The notes under the pieces were generated by a model, which was given only the letters and a program-made list of their open reading frames with translations, had not been told where the DNA came from and searched no databases. DNA of 63,997 bases, the filler included, from Stramenopiles sp. TOSAG23-2 (taxonomy: Eukaryota): NCBI GenBank assembly GCA_900128395.1. It is 18 parts of 18 records of this genome, joined end to end, with 100 filler letters (N's around TTAATTAATTAA, not from the genome) between each part and the next. Parts side by side here need not be neighbours in the genome. Positions count along the whole stretch, not along the records: positions 1 to 3,487 come from LT651191.1; positions 3,588 to 7,071 come from LT651192.1; positions 7,172 to 10,655 come from LT651193.1; positions 10,756 to 14,232 come from LT651194.1; 14 more parts are not named here. The stretch is one strand, 5' to 3'. Shown piece after piece: positions 1-11,272 of the stretch. Each line of letters starts with the position of its first letter. Position 1 is the stretch's first letter. The position numbers were made by a program, and so were the translations under genes.

Positions 1-1860
1 AAATGCATGTCCTGTAACTTCATCCGATGATGTATCACTTTTCCAACTCCATCCTGCAAAATTTGGATTTGTTGAATTTCGCCATTGACCAGGTTTACCA
101 CCAATTCCGCATTTTTGAAAAGGTTCTTCCTCTGGTGCACACAAAGACCGTGCCATAAGGCCTTCAATATTTGTAATATAATGAAGGCGTGACAACCCGT
201 CAAAAAATGTAGATGCAAATTTTAAATCGTTTGGATCGTTTGTAATTGAATATTTCATATATGCAGAAACAACAACAATTGCAGTCCAAAGACCATTATT
301 ATCGTTGTCGCCGCAAATTGTCTTTCGATTATCACCGAATGAAGGCAAATTACACTCACCTGTTAATCCATGTCTGTTATGATTGTTTATTTGTATATTT
401 TGAAATATTTCTGCTTTTTTGGACAAGGTAAATAATTGTTGTTCTAGAACCGTTACCCCTTCCTCTGCAACAACTACAATAGTATCGCCTAGATGTATTT
501 TGTTTTGTTCATCAACAACATCATCATTGTTATTATCTGTTTTTGAAACAACACTTAAACTTTTAATTCTACTACCACTTAACCAACGTTCTTTATATAA
601 ATATCTAAATTCAGGATCATGTCCTTTTTGCCATACGGAAATACCTTCTGTTGTACCAATCCATAATTGTTTCACAATTGGGCCGTTTACCATTTCTCTT
701 GTTTTAGCGAATGCCATGCATGTTATATTTGCTGTAGGAAGCCCTGAATCTCCATTAATGGTTGTGTAACTTGAATTCAAACCAAAATGCAAATTTAAAT
801 TGTTTTGTGTTCCTATATATAAATTTGAAAGTAAAATGTTTGGATATATGATGTCGTTATCATCACCAACAACCAATTTTTTTGACTCTTCAATATCTTT
901 TGGAACTGCAACAATATCAAACACCATATCCATGATTGTAGATGATAATACACCCCCCGCACCAGACGGAATATCGGTGACCCATTCGTATCTTAAAACA
1001 TTTGTTGGATCGTGATATGAAAGAAACCAGATCTTTTCACTGTTTCCTAATACTAAAATAGGGTTCACATTTGGTATCATCATATTGCCTGATACTACTA
1101 CGGAGATCAAAGGTACACTTGATAACGTCGTTACAACATCAATACTGTTACCTAAAATAGAACCAGTTGCATAATCAATGATTCCATATGCTAAACCATT
1201 ATTACTTGCTGTCCATACTCGTGCCAATGTTGTTCCCTGTCTTTTTTTATAAGCATCATCATCATTATCATCAACATCCATAATAGTAGATTGAGTATCA
1301 ATACTAGTTGCAACACTGTTAATAACGCCTAAATTCTTTGGGCATTTCACGCAACTTATTGTTTTACATAGTGAGCTACTGGTATCATCAAAATGACAAG
1401 ATAAAGTACACATTTTACTTGGTGAAACATATCCTAATAAAGTCCTATTAGTTACAATTAATTTTGAATTTGGTTCGATTATATCTCCAAATGTTATTTG
1501 CGTAAATATATTATTGTTGTTCCTACCACCAAAAATATTGTCTAATTCAACTTGGTACAATTTTCCTTCAGCTAATATTATTGGAATATTACTTTCCGTT
1601 ACAATGACAGTTTGTTCTGCCGGTGTTGTTGTTGGAAAGGTAGGCCATGTTGGTGGTACTAAAGCTGGCGGCGTACCTTTGTATAACGCTCTTGTTGGGA
1701 TTATTTCTGTGTACGGCGGTGCACCCATATTGGTTGTAGTAGGAGTAGTAGCATGACAAAATGGTGAAAATGATGACATTAAAATAATTCCAATAATACA
1801 AATGATGAGATAATAGTCATCATAAAAACAATAAACACTGAAATAATACCGTGGTGACAT
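1..1860 (-). CDS. Secreted beta-propeller plus helical catalytic-type protein of an uncharacterised, bacterial-like family (3' truncated; absent from ORF track)
   Basis: Manual translation from ATG 1860 stays open to position 1 (620 codons). Hydrophobic leader YLIICIIGIILMSSFSPFCHA; propeller-type motifs GLPTANITCMA, LWIGTTEGI, RWL; then DNDNNGLWTA, GLMARS and WSWKSDTSSDEVTGH. Confidence 0.8.
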   Translation of the reverse strand, partial: MSPRYYFSVYCFYDDYYLIICIIGIILMSSFSPFCHATTPTTTNMGAPPYTEIIPTRALYKGTPPALVPPTWPTFPTTTPAEQTVIVTESNIPIILAEGKLYQVELDNIFGGRNNNNIFTQITFGDIIEPNSKLIVTNRTLLGYVSPSKMCTLSCHFDDTSSSLCKTISCVKCPKNLGVINSVATSIDTQSTIMDVDDNDDDAYKKRQGTTLARVWTASNNGLAYGIIDYATGSILGNSIDVVTTLSSVPLISVVVSGNMMIPNVNPILVLGNSEKIWFLSYHDPTNVLRYEWVTDIPSGAGGVLSSTIMDMVFDIVAVPKDIEESKKLVVGDDNDIIYPNILLSNLYIGTQNNLNLHFGLNSSYTTINGDSGLPTANITCMAFAKTREMVNGPIVKQLWIGTTEGISVWQKGHDPEFRYLYKERWLSGSRIKSLSVVSKTDNNNDDVVDEQNKIHLGDTIVVVAEEGVTVLEQQLFTLSKKAEIFQNIQINNHNRHGLTGECNLPSFGDNRKTICGDNDNNGLWTAIVVVSAYMKYSITNDPNDLKFASTFFDGLSRLHYITNIEGLMARSLCAPEEEPFQKCGIGGKPGQWRNSTNPNFAGWSWKSDTSSDEVTGHAF

Positions 1861-2211
1861 GTTCAACAATATCTTATATATATATATATATATATATGTA
1901 TTTGCTTTATACTTTTTGAAACCGTTATATTGTTTTTGTTAAAAAAATGGCTTATTATGTTATACAAGAGATTATGAGCAATGGCTAAATTTTGTTTTTA
2001 TTCTTTTGTACCTGTATAGTTTTTTTTTTATATTAAAATTTTAATAATATACTTATACTTATTATTATATAGAGTTGTTTTATAATAAATACTCACATAT
2101 GCATGTGATGGGCATCTCTCTCCCTCTCTCTCTCGGCTCTCAATTGTGATATATATAGAACACATCATCGTTGTGTATATAAATGTATAATATCTTTTTC
2201 TTATTTTCATT

Positions 2212-3096
2212 TTACTTGAAATTTCCTACATTTTCATCAAAAATTGCTTCTGCTTCTAACCATTCTTTTAATTTTAAATTATTTGGATCTTTTTGTTTTA
2301 ATTGTTCCATTAAATTATCAATGACTTCCTGTGATTTATTTAAATGACGTGATACTACAATTAAATTCACTAAGGAATCGACATCACCTGGATTTTCTTC
2401 CAATGCAGTTGTTAACATTTCTTCCGCTTCTGGATATTGTTCCATATGAATTTTACATACAGCTAAACTGTTTAATAATTTAACGGTTGGATCAAATTTA
2501 TCAATTAATTCTTGAAAAATATAAGATGCTTCCTCTGTTTTGCCACCACCTAAGGAACAATACACCCAACCTTGTGCTAATTGTGTAATAACAGCATCAT
2601 CTGCATTTGAATTTTCAAGTTCTGCTAATTCTTTTTGTGCTGCATCGATGCGATTCATCAAAATCAAAATGTGAATCATTAATGCAGAATGTTCTGGTTG
2701 GTTTGCCCCTGCGCCTTTTAATACTGCTAATGCTTCTGAATATTTACCAGCTTTTGTATACATTAAACCAGCTATTAAACGTAAAGTAGGATTATTTCCA
2801 GTCATTTCATCCCCAAGCCACGATTCCACTTTCTCTATGCATACGTCTTGTTTACTAGGATTTGTTTCAAAGACGGCCAATGCTTTCACAGCTTCCATGG
2901 CCATTGGCGCTTGGTTGATGCTACTAATCAACTCTTTACCTTGACCCAATGCTAGGCGTGACCTTGCAACATAAACATCCAACTCAATTTGTTTTTGTTG
3001 TGATAATGCCGGTGTAGACTCGCCTTCATCAATTGCAACTTGAAAATTACCTACATAGAAATTATTTCTCACTGCATATAATTCATCAACATCCAT
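2212..3096 (-). CDS. COPE: Coatomer subunit epsilon
   Basis: N-terminus MDVDELYAVRNNFYVGNFQ, TPR-like helices, EASYIFQEL, LLNSLAVC and LVNLIV motifs; 294 aa is typical of epsilon-COP; intronless. Confidence 0.95.
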   Translation of the reverse strand: MDVDELYAVRNNFYVGNFQVAIDEGESTPALSQQKQIELDVYVARSRLALGQGKELISSINQAPMAMEAVKALAVFETNPSKQDVCIEKVESWLGDEMTGNNPTLRLIAGLMYTKAGKYSEALAVLKGAGANQPEHSALMIHILILMNRIDAAQKELAELENSNADDAVITQLAQGWVYCSLGGGKTEEASYIFQELIDKFDPTVKLLNSLAVCKIHMEQYPEAEEMLTTALEENPGDVDSLVNLIVVSRHLNKSQEVIDNLMEQLKQKDPNNLKLKEWLEAEAIFDENVGNFK

Positions 3097-3355
3097 TTTT
3101 TATAATATTTTTTTCCCGCGCGTGTGTGTGTACAATAATTTTCTACAATAATATTATTATAACGAAACGTTGTCTTATATTATTAAAAACACTTCTTTCA
3201 CTTTGTGTATCTATACATATAAATATACATTGTTCACACCTCTCTTCATTCACTTCTATATTATATTATCATACCAATTTTATTAATTAATTTCCTTCCT
3301 CTAAATACACATTATTATTCATTTTCCTATATGTGGTTCAAAAAGGTGGCCCACA

Positions 3356-3487
3356 GTATTCACCTGCTATAGAGGTATATACACTACATAGCATTGTAAT
3401 GGTATGACTATATTATATTTATCTGGTCCATTGTATTCACCTGCTATAGAGGTATATACACTACATAGCATTGTAATGGTATGACTA
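3356..3487 (+). repeat. 77-bp-period direct repeat at contig end; member of a dispersed repeat family
   Basis: 3356-3410 is identical to 3433-3487 (55 bp); related copies lie on the minus strand at 38862-38919 and 53606-53631. Confidence 0.85.
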
Positions 3488-3587
3488 NNNNNNNNNNNNN
3501 NNNNNNNNNNNNNNNNNNNNNNNNNNNNNNNTTAATTAATTAANNNNNNNNNNNNNNNNNNNNNNNNNNNNNNNNNNNNNNNNNNNN
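3488..3587. other. Artificial contig linker N44-TTAATTAATTAA-N44 (first of 17)
   Basis: The same 100-bp linker starts at 3488, 7072, 10656, 14233, 17803, 21372, 24938, 28503, 32068, 35632, 39195, 42754, 46311, 49860, 53406, 56952 and 60498. It places stops in all six frames; contig lengths decrease from 3487 to 3446 bp, with the last one 3400 bp in this window. Confidence 0.99.
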
Positions 3588-3796
3588 ATTTTATTTTTAA
3601 CTATTTATAATTTGAAAAATTACGGTGCAATAATCGCCAATTGGTAGGTGTGTTTTTTAGTATACTAATTTTTAACAGTGTTGTTTGTACTTAGGTATCC
3701 GTCTCAGAAATTTTTTTTTTGTTGTTTTTTTTATGTTTTATTGATAAAGTACACGAAAAATTCTATTATAAATAGTGTTATTTAAATTGACGAAAA

Positions 3797-3824
3797 TTTT
3801 GACCGAAATGCATTTCGGTCAAAA
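3797..3824. repeat. Perfect 28-bp palindrome
   Basis: TTTTGACCGAAATG-CATTTCGGTCAAAA, about 120 bp downstream of the oxygenase stop codon. Confidence 0.85.
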
Positions 3825-3945
3825 AAAAAAAAGCGCGTGCCACCTATATCTTTTGTACTAGACACTACCAAATATATTAGCATGGAATTACAGGGGCTGG
3901 TGCCATGTAAAAATTATATCCCCACTATGAGATATGATATGGCAT

Positions 3946-4683
3946 TTACACACTCCATGCCCACTTCCCTAGTAAATTAAATGAAAAACTGACACGGACT
4001 ACATCATCTGGTGTTGTTCCTGGAACTTGATGTACTAACCATGGAGGAAATAATACACATTCTTTTTCCTCTGGTTCAACAAAAACCGGATTATTAAATG
4101 GTGGAGTAGCTTCTGGCTTCGATGCCACACCATCACCATATCGTAAATTTGCCTCAATAGATATTAAGACGTCAAATGGTGATGTGCCTCTAGGATCATC
4201 AAAAACAATTGGCGCTGCAGTTTGGGGGCGTTGTGCATAAAACGTGCCTGTACACATAGCATCAGAATGTACATGAGGTGGATGCACAGAACCCCCCGTG
4301 TGAACAGACGCCCAAACAAACATTGGAGCATTCTCTATAGTTTCATGTAATTCTACCAAATCATTATCTTGCTGAAGGTCTTCAAGATAGTCCTTGGCTG
4401 CACTTTTCAAACGACATTTCAATTCAAGAAATTCTTCTAGCTCTTCAAAACCATCAAGGTGTTTCGTTCGATTTGTTTCATTAAAATGTGCAAGTTGCTG
4501 TTTGAAAAACATCATATTTACAGTAGATCTCCAACCACCTGGTAAGTTTGACTCTAACGCATTTGGTGGCAAGTTTGCATAACAATTTTTATATAGTTCA
4601 TTTGCTTTTTCCACTAACGGTATAGTATTTAACTTTGCAAATTTAATTCTATGTATAGCAGCACCAAAATGTATTTTTTTCAT
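3946..4683 (-). CDS. Putative 2OG-Fe(II) oxygenase (TIGR02466-like)
   Basis: WASV..GSVHPPHVH..CTGTFY, FDDPR, LFPPWLVHQV and RVSFSFN match the HxH...H...RxS pattern of this family. Confidence 0.85.
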   Translation of the reverse strand: MKKIHFGAAIHRIKFAKLNTIPLVEKANELYKNCYANLPPNALESNLPGGWRSTVNMMFFKQQLAHFNETNRTKHLDGFEELEEFLELKCRLKSAAKDYLEDLQQDNDLVELHETIENAPMFVWASVHTGGSVHPPHVHSDAMCTGTFYAQRPQTAAPIVFDDPRGTSPFDVLISIEANLRYGDGVASKPEATPPFNNPVFVEPEEKECVLFPPWLVHQVPGTTPDDVVRVSFSFNLLGKWAWSV

Positions 4684-5047
4684 TTTACTATATATGACAC
4701 TATTTTACAATATATATATATACACACACACACACACATTCAATATTTACACGTTATAGAAAATTCGATTGTTATTTCTGTTTCTTCCAAAGATTTTCCA
4801 TCCAAAAGTATAGAAAAAGTGCAAAGAACATAAAATATCTTTTTACCATGCACCCATCAATTTAATAAAAAATTTGGTTTATCTTCAACAAAAGAAGCGA
4901 CTCCTCTTTATCTTGTGTGATGATTTTCTTTTAAGCCACATAAATTATTGTGTTTGGTACTCTAATTTTCCCTTCAAGTACAAATTATTGTCATTTGATA
5001 GGTAAAATCTCAGGAAATCCAGCTATGCTATTCGTAGACATTCTGCT

Positions 5048-5230
5048 GTACTGTTGTACTGTTGTACTGTTGTACTGTTGTACTGTTGTACTGTTGTACT
5101 GTTGTACTGTTGTACTGTTGTACTGTTGTACTGTTGTACTGTTGTACTGTTGTACTGTTGTACTGTTGTACTGTTGTACTGTTGTACTTCTGTACTGCTG
5201 TACTGCTGTACTTAAGTACTGCTGTACTGT
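5048..5230 (+). repeat. (CTGTTGTA)n 8-bp tandem repeat, about 17 perfect copies plus a degenerate tail
   Basis: Read directly from the sequence; it explains the spurious YCCTVVLL ORFs. Confidence 0.95.
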
Positions 5231-5637
5231 TTTATTTACTGTATTTCTATATGGTCATTTGATAGGCGAAAGATAAAATCACAAAAATCTTAAATAATTA
5301 TAAAAAAAGTGGAGGAGGAAATGGTCAAACCAGGCAAACCAGGCAAACCAGCATAATAAGAGACGCGAAAAAAGCAACTAATACACTTCATATGAATGAA
5401 ATGAACTGTTAGTATATATATACATATAAAAGAAATGCAAAGGGAGAACAGGAAGAATGTTGTTATTGTAGAAAGAATCATCAACAAGCAGATTTAGTTC
5501 GACGCGTTGTAATCAGAATTTCATACAAAAAGACCATTGTAGATATAGAGAGGACGCATAATTCGTATATATATATATATATATAGATATATAGTTTCGA
5601 TATATTAAACGAATAATTATAATTAGTAAAAAAGAAA

Positions 5638-6072
5638 ATGATTGTGAATAATGTTTATATTATATTGCTTACGTATTTAATAGCAATAAATTGTATGTAT
5701 TTAAGTGATGCTACTTGTGGAAGTAATGCTGATTGCAGTTTTCCAAGCGGTATATGCCAAGCAGGTGGTTGTTTGTGTGATGGACAGCATACAGGGACAA
5801 CTTGTGCAGATTTAACTTCTGGTATATTACATACTTTATTACAAGGTGGATTTTGGGGTGTATGTGTATTAAGTCTTTTTGGTGGCCTTGTACTTGGTGG
5901 ATTAGTACGTTTTGTACAACATAGAATAGAAACATCGCGTCAAACAAATAATGTAAAAGGATTGATGTTTGGTTACGGCGATGTAGACACTTTTCACTCT
6001 AGAAAGAAGACAAAAAAAGGGAAGAAAAAGAAAAAGAAAAAGAAACGAAAAGGTGACTACGAGGATGTATAA
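5638..6072 (+). CDS. Small single-pass membrane protein with an EGF-like domain
   Basis: Signal peptide; six-Cys module C..C..C..CLC..G..C; one TM helix; Lys-rich cytosolic tail. Confidence 0.75.
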   Translation: MIVNNVYIILLTYLIAINCMYLSDATCGSNADCSFPSGICQAGGCLCDGQHTGTTCADLTSGILHTLLQGGFWGVCVLSLFGGLVLGGLVRFVQHRIETSRQTNNVKGLMFGYGDVDTFHSRKKTKKGKKKKKKKKRKGDYEDV

Positions 6073-6281
6073 TTTTGTGTCAAATATATATTTGTTATAT
6101 TAAATAAAAAATATAATGAATATATACTTGTGCGTGTGTTTGTGTATATAAAAACTTTGTAACAATGTACACACGCGACTCATTTTTTCTGGGACATGGA
6201 CCTTACATATTCGTATTATATATTTTAAGATCTAAATAATAATGTATATATATTATTATACGAGTATATACAACACATATG

Positions 6282-7048
6282 GACATGAAATATTTTAAAT
6301 GATACACTTTTTGCTGATTTACTGCAATTTTAGTAGTATACTAACCAGTATAAATAAAATAATTAGTAATAATTTTACATATTTCATACTTTTTTATTTA
6401 TTTCACTCACTCAACATTTTTATTTCGAAAGAAATTTTATACTAGCGTACGAAAAATCATCGTTATCATGGATATATCGAACCAAGACCAAGTGTTTTGT
6501 TTACCTTTGTACATTGATAAAAAGATTCCCAACTATCATAACATATAGATATATCGAACAATATTTATGCGAAATTATTTATTATCTCATTTAAAATCAA
6601 AAATATTTATTTGTAACGTTATTATTAGTTGAAAATTAAAATTAAACCACATGGTGACGTAGAGTTCAATTTAAACTATCATGTCAAATTATGTCAAAAA
6701 AGTTATTGTACTTAAAAGATACTTTATGGAAACATCTTTTTTCTGATGCCAGGATCAAAGAGTCGTTCGGAGTCGTTCATTCTGAATTTTGTCCATGAAT
6801 TTCCAATAAGAATTAGCTAAATATATATATTTTTTTCAATTGATTTATAAAAGTGTGTGTGAGTTCTTCACGTTTGTATTTTTGGTAACACCTGCTGTGT
6901 CCCTAGTAAACGATAATAGTGTAATTTGATAAAAAATTATTAAAAAATAAAGATGTGTTGTAAATGAAAATTTAGAGCGAACCCTAATCCTAAACCAGTA
7001 AATTGGCCTCCCTATCAAAATAGTGTATCATTTAAAATATTTCATGTC
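6282..7048. mobile_element. MITE-like non-coding element with 27-bp perfect terminal inverted repeats
   Basis: GACATGAAATATTTTAAATGATACACT at 6282-6308 and its reverse complement at 7022-7048; no ORF inside; right flank TA, left flank TG. Confidence 0.6.
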
Positions 7049-7981
7049 TATGATGTATATATTATACAAAANNNNNNNNNNNNNNNNNNNNNNNNNNNNN
7101 NNNNNNNNNNNNNNNTTAATTAATTAANNNNNNNNNNNNNNNNNNNNNNNNNNNNNNNNNNNNNNNNNNNNGTAATACATTCATCGTTATCGATAATTAA
7201 TTGTTGTTCTAAGATTACACTAACTACTGTATATGTATTGAATCAATTTGATCTATCTATTCTAATCGATTGACCGTGTACTAACTACTGTATTGAATCA
7301 ATTGATCTATCTATTCTTTAGATAGACAATGTCTACGTCCAGCAATGTCTTCTATGTATATATTCTGATGGGTAATAACTATTTTTTTAGCAATGGTATT
7401 TCCATGTTAAACGTGTGTTTTCTTGCTCTGGCTTGGCACGAGACCATTTTTTTTTCTATTTTTTTAATTTTACTGGGCGATCAACTTCGAACAGACTTGG
7501 TTTAAATTAGTATACTAAGTAGTATTTTATCCTATCAAGTAGAGTGAAAAGTGCATGCCAATGATATACCTATGCCCTATGCCAGAACGTGCGAACCTGT
7601 CGGCAAAAAGAAGGTTAAAAGACCTATCTTCTATTTTTATATCAATATATCCGATATATATATAATATATTAATATTGTATAATATTATATTAAATAATA
7701 TTTATTGTTACATAAAAACCTTTATATTTTAATAAAAGAAAGTGCACTTCGAGTTTTTACTACTGTACAGTATATTTATTTTTAAAAAGGCTCTCGATTT
7801 CCACAGGCACCTAAAATTTAAGGGATTTGACTGAAAAAGTAGATGATGATAAGTATTTATATTATTTGTAAAATTATTAAATTATTTATTTTTATAGTGT
7901 TTTGTTGCTTTTATGATATTACCATTTGTATACATCATATCTTGACTTCTTCGTACATCGTATTATACATATTTACGTAAA

Positions 7982-9621
7982 TCATTTCTTTACCTCTGCC
8001 CTTTTCCTTTGTTTGAAACTACGAGATACAATATCATTCGACGTGGTACCACTTGTTTTGTATATGTTACCAGTCGCAAACATCATGAACTTCATCTTTT
8101 TATCTATGAGCATTATCCAAACTCCATTTAATGAGAACAATAAAATTTGAATGAACATCGATCGTTGTGTGGCACGTTTCCAAATTGTTAATTCTTCACC
8201 ATTAATGTAATAAGTAGCGAGTTTAACACCATTATTTGCAACACCAAATACACTATGGTAAATGTTGCTAGATGTTATCAGTATAAAACATCCGCACCAA
8301 GCTAATACAAAAAATCTATGTTTGATTTTAACAGCATCTATAAATACTGCAGCTATAACGATTACTAGATAAATAAGTCCATTCAGCCATGATGTTGATG
8401 AATTTGGTTTCAAAATTTCAATGAACCAATTCAATATTGCGAGCATTACAATTACAACAACGTTAGGTTCCCGAAGCAAACGCTTTAAAATAAATAACGA
8501 GACATTTCTATATAATATTATTCCGACAAAAATCACATCTATTACACCAACTACTAAGGCTACAAGATTCATTTGCCAATGCCCGAGCAATGATGATATG
8601 ACGTAAATGGTCATCCCAATGAATGCACATATTGCTGCGCCACGTTGTCCCCATTTTACCCTATCATGCAATCCATCATCTAATTGAACTTCTTTTCCTA
8701 ACAGTATAATGCTAGACCTACGTCGGCCATTACTTTGTACGTCCCAGGAATTTCTTGATCTACTACTTTTTTTGTTTATTATATTTTTTTCTTTATCCTC
8801 CTCCTCCTCCTCCTCCTCCTCCTCCCCATCGTCATCATTGTCATCGTCTTCATCAATAAACCCGGTATTTGTTTTTCTATATATATTTCCTGTAGCAAAC
8901 ATCATTAATTCCATGTTTTTATCTTTAATCAATGTCCATATTCCACAAATGGAGAAAAATAATACTTGAACGTATACGTATCTTCGGATTGAACGTTTCC
9001 ACATTATTACTTTTTCACCTTGTATCGTATACTCTGTAAGGGAAATGTTATTATCTATCGTACCAAACGTATAGTTGTAAATATTAAATATATTGATAAG
9101 CACAAAGATGGTGACGAGAGATATAGTCCAACTTCTGCTTTTTTTTATAACAGCATCGATAAAAATAACAAACGATACCAATATAAGATAAACTATCGCA
9201 AAGAGAAATGATTGGGAATCTCTATACTTTACAATCTCAATAAGTAAATTGACTATTCCAAGAAAAATGGAGATGAGAACATTTGGCTCTCTCAATAAAC
9301 GTTTAAGAAATGGAAAGAAACATTTTTGAAATATAATAATCCGAGAGATATTATTGTCATTCCACAAAATATGAGCGACGCAATACCTAATGCAACATTA
9401 TCATAAATCGAGGATAAAACAAATAAAATTGTTGCGAGAAACGAGAAAACTGCCGTTCCACCTTGTCCAAGTTTAACAGTGAAATCACGCCTTTTATCTA
9501 CATCATCTTCTACAACTTTCCCTAAAATCATGATACTCGTTCTTTTAGTACCTCCGTGATTGGCTACATGATTGTCTTCATCCGCGGGTGAAGTTGCCAA
9601 TGGATTCACCTCCATGTTCAT
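7982..9621 (-). CDS. Internally duplicated polytopic membrane protein with a 1-nt frameshift near 9311
   Basis: ORF 9292-9621 (..LLYFKNVSF) joins ORF 7982-9367 (PFLKRLLREPNV..), matching the second repeat ILYRNVSLFILKRLLREPNV. Both halves share FIDAV, WKR, Q.L.FS..G.W and MMFATGNIY. Confidence 0.75.
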
Positions 9622-10444
9622 AATGGTTCTTGTTGTATTTCTTTTTTTCTTATTCTTTATTCAATTGTTCACTTATGTTATATACGTGTAACTTAACTGC
9701 GGCTATAATATGTGTAAAAAAAGATGATATATTATATAATTATTATAGTCGTAAAAAAAGTGATATATTATTACCACAACAGGTATATTAGTCTGCCGTC
9801 TGCTGTAATGCAACTTAAACTGAAGTATGCACGTATCGTATTACCATAGTAATAGAGAGGATCCGAGACAGAGATAGCGAGAGAGTCAGCTGGTCTGTCG
9901 TCAACTGTGTGTCGTGCTGTCGTCAGCTGCCATAAATTAAATTAAGTATATTATGCGAATAGCATAGCGGGGTTTCCTATATGAGCGAAGAGTGCCCAGA
10001 GTGGCCCATACACTTCTCGGGTTTTGTGCTATTTTTTGTATCAAAATAATAGGTTGCAATACTGATATCGGTATTAAGTCAGAACAACACAACAACAACA
10101 CATAAAAAGGTAAAGGTCTGGCTAAACAAATTATAGGAATCGAAAATAAAAAAGAGTAAGAATTATATTAATATAATACGGTCGCGGAGCGGAGAGGGAG
10201 GAAGTTAAAAAAAGTATTTTTAAGCTACGAACGTGCGAACGTACGAATTATAAACTTGTATTTTTTCATTTTCATGTTTTCAAAACTCTCTGCAGCTATG
10301 ATATCATATATTTTCACGGCACTTGGAGGCACTATATGATAATATTGTAAAATACAAAGGTTCGTAATATATAATAATTTTTTTTCCCTTTTCTTTTCTT
10401 TCCTTTTCATATTTAATATGATATGATATTTATAAATAACTTTT

Positions 10445-10654
10445 TTATTTCCTTGGGGAACTTGTTGGTGCTATAAATAATTCATTACCATCACCATCAA
10501 AATGTGTAATCACCATTCCCTCACTTGAAACATTTAAAGTTGCAAAACCACCATTACCATTTCCTTTATGAAATTTCAAGGAATTTGAAGGAATCGCGTG
10601 TTTATGTGATGTTGATGGATTGTTTTCATGGGCACTACCGATTGTATGGTATTG
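10445..10654 (-). CDS. C-terminus of a purple (tartrate-resistant, ACP5-type) acid phosphatase, 5' truncated
   Basis: Manual translation QYHTIGSAHENNPSTSHKHAIPSNSLKFHKGNGNGGFATLNVSSEGMVITHFDGDGNELFIAPTSSPRK* resembles the ACP5 C-terminus (H...P...L.FH, GGF, G..LF). Confidence 0.7.
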   Translation of the reverse strand, partial: QYHTIGSAHENNPSTSHKHAIPSNSLKFHKGNGNGGFATLNVSSEGMVITHFDGDGNELFIAPTSSPRK

Positions 10655-10757
10655 ANNNNNNNNNNNNNNNNNNNNNNNNNNNNNNNNNNNNNNNNNNNNT
10701 TAATTAATTAANNNNNNNNNNNNNNNNNNNNNNNNNNNNNNNNNNNNNNNNNNNNTT

Positions 10758-10970
10758 CCATTAGAGATCGAACCAATGCATAAATTTTTATTTGCATCAT
10801 TATCAGGAAACACAAAATTAGTCAAATTGCCAAAACATATAGACTTAGAAAATGACATGATTGAAGACAGGAAAGAATATGCAAGTGAAGACGATGCATT
10901 TGATTTATTAATAAAAGAGGAGAAAAAGAGAAAAAAAAAGAAAAAAACACGGCAAAGTGATGAGCTGTAA
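10758..10970 (+). CDS. 3' end of a hypothetical protein ending in SDEL (possible ER-retention signal)
   Basis: Open from the contig start with coding-like composition; ends ..RQSDEL*. Confidence 0.55.
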   Translation, partial: PLEIEPMHKFLFASLSGNTKLVKLPKHIDLENDMIEDRKEYASEDDAFDLLIKEEKKRKKKKKTRQSDEL

Positions 10971-11272
10971 TTTTATTTTAATAAAAAAAAAATGTTTTTC
11001 ATATTTTTTTAATTTGTACGCGTACGCGCGTTTTAATGAATTTAAACTCTTTCTTTTTTTACACATATACTCTTTTATTTACGAACCGTACGAAGTTCGT
11101 AAAAAAATCATATTTTGATATAACCATCATTATATTTTCAATATAAACTCAACAATCTTTTTTACTGTTTTAGAATAATTCATTATACGTAAATGAATAC
11201 GAAGAATATAATACATATATGCGTATATATATACGTATACGAATACATAAAATCCTTTTCTAAGAATTTTAT

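Noticed and set aside
3356-3487. Repeat-spacer-repeat pattern resembling a CRISPR array
   Set aside because: Only two copies, a 55-bp repeat with a 22-bp gap, at a contig end in eukaryotic DNA with no cas genes.
4950-5276. Cys-rich repeat ORFs (YCCTVVLL)n
   Set aside because: Translation of an 8-bp microsatellite; the same peptide appears in more than one frame.
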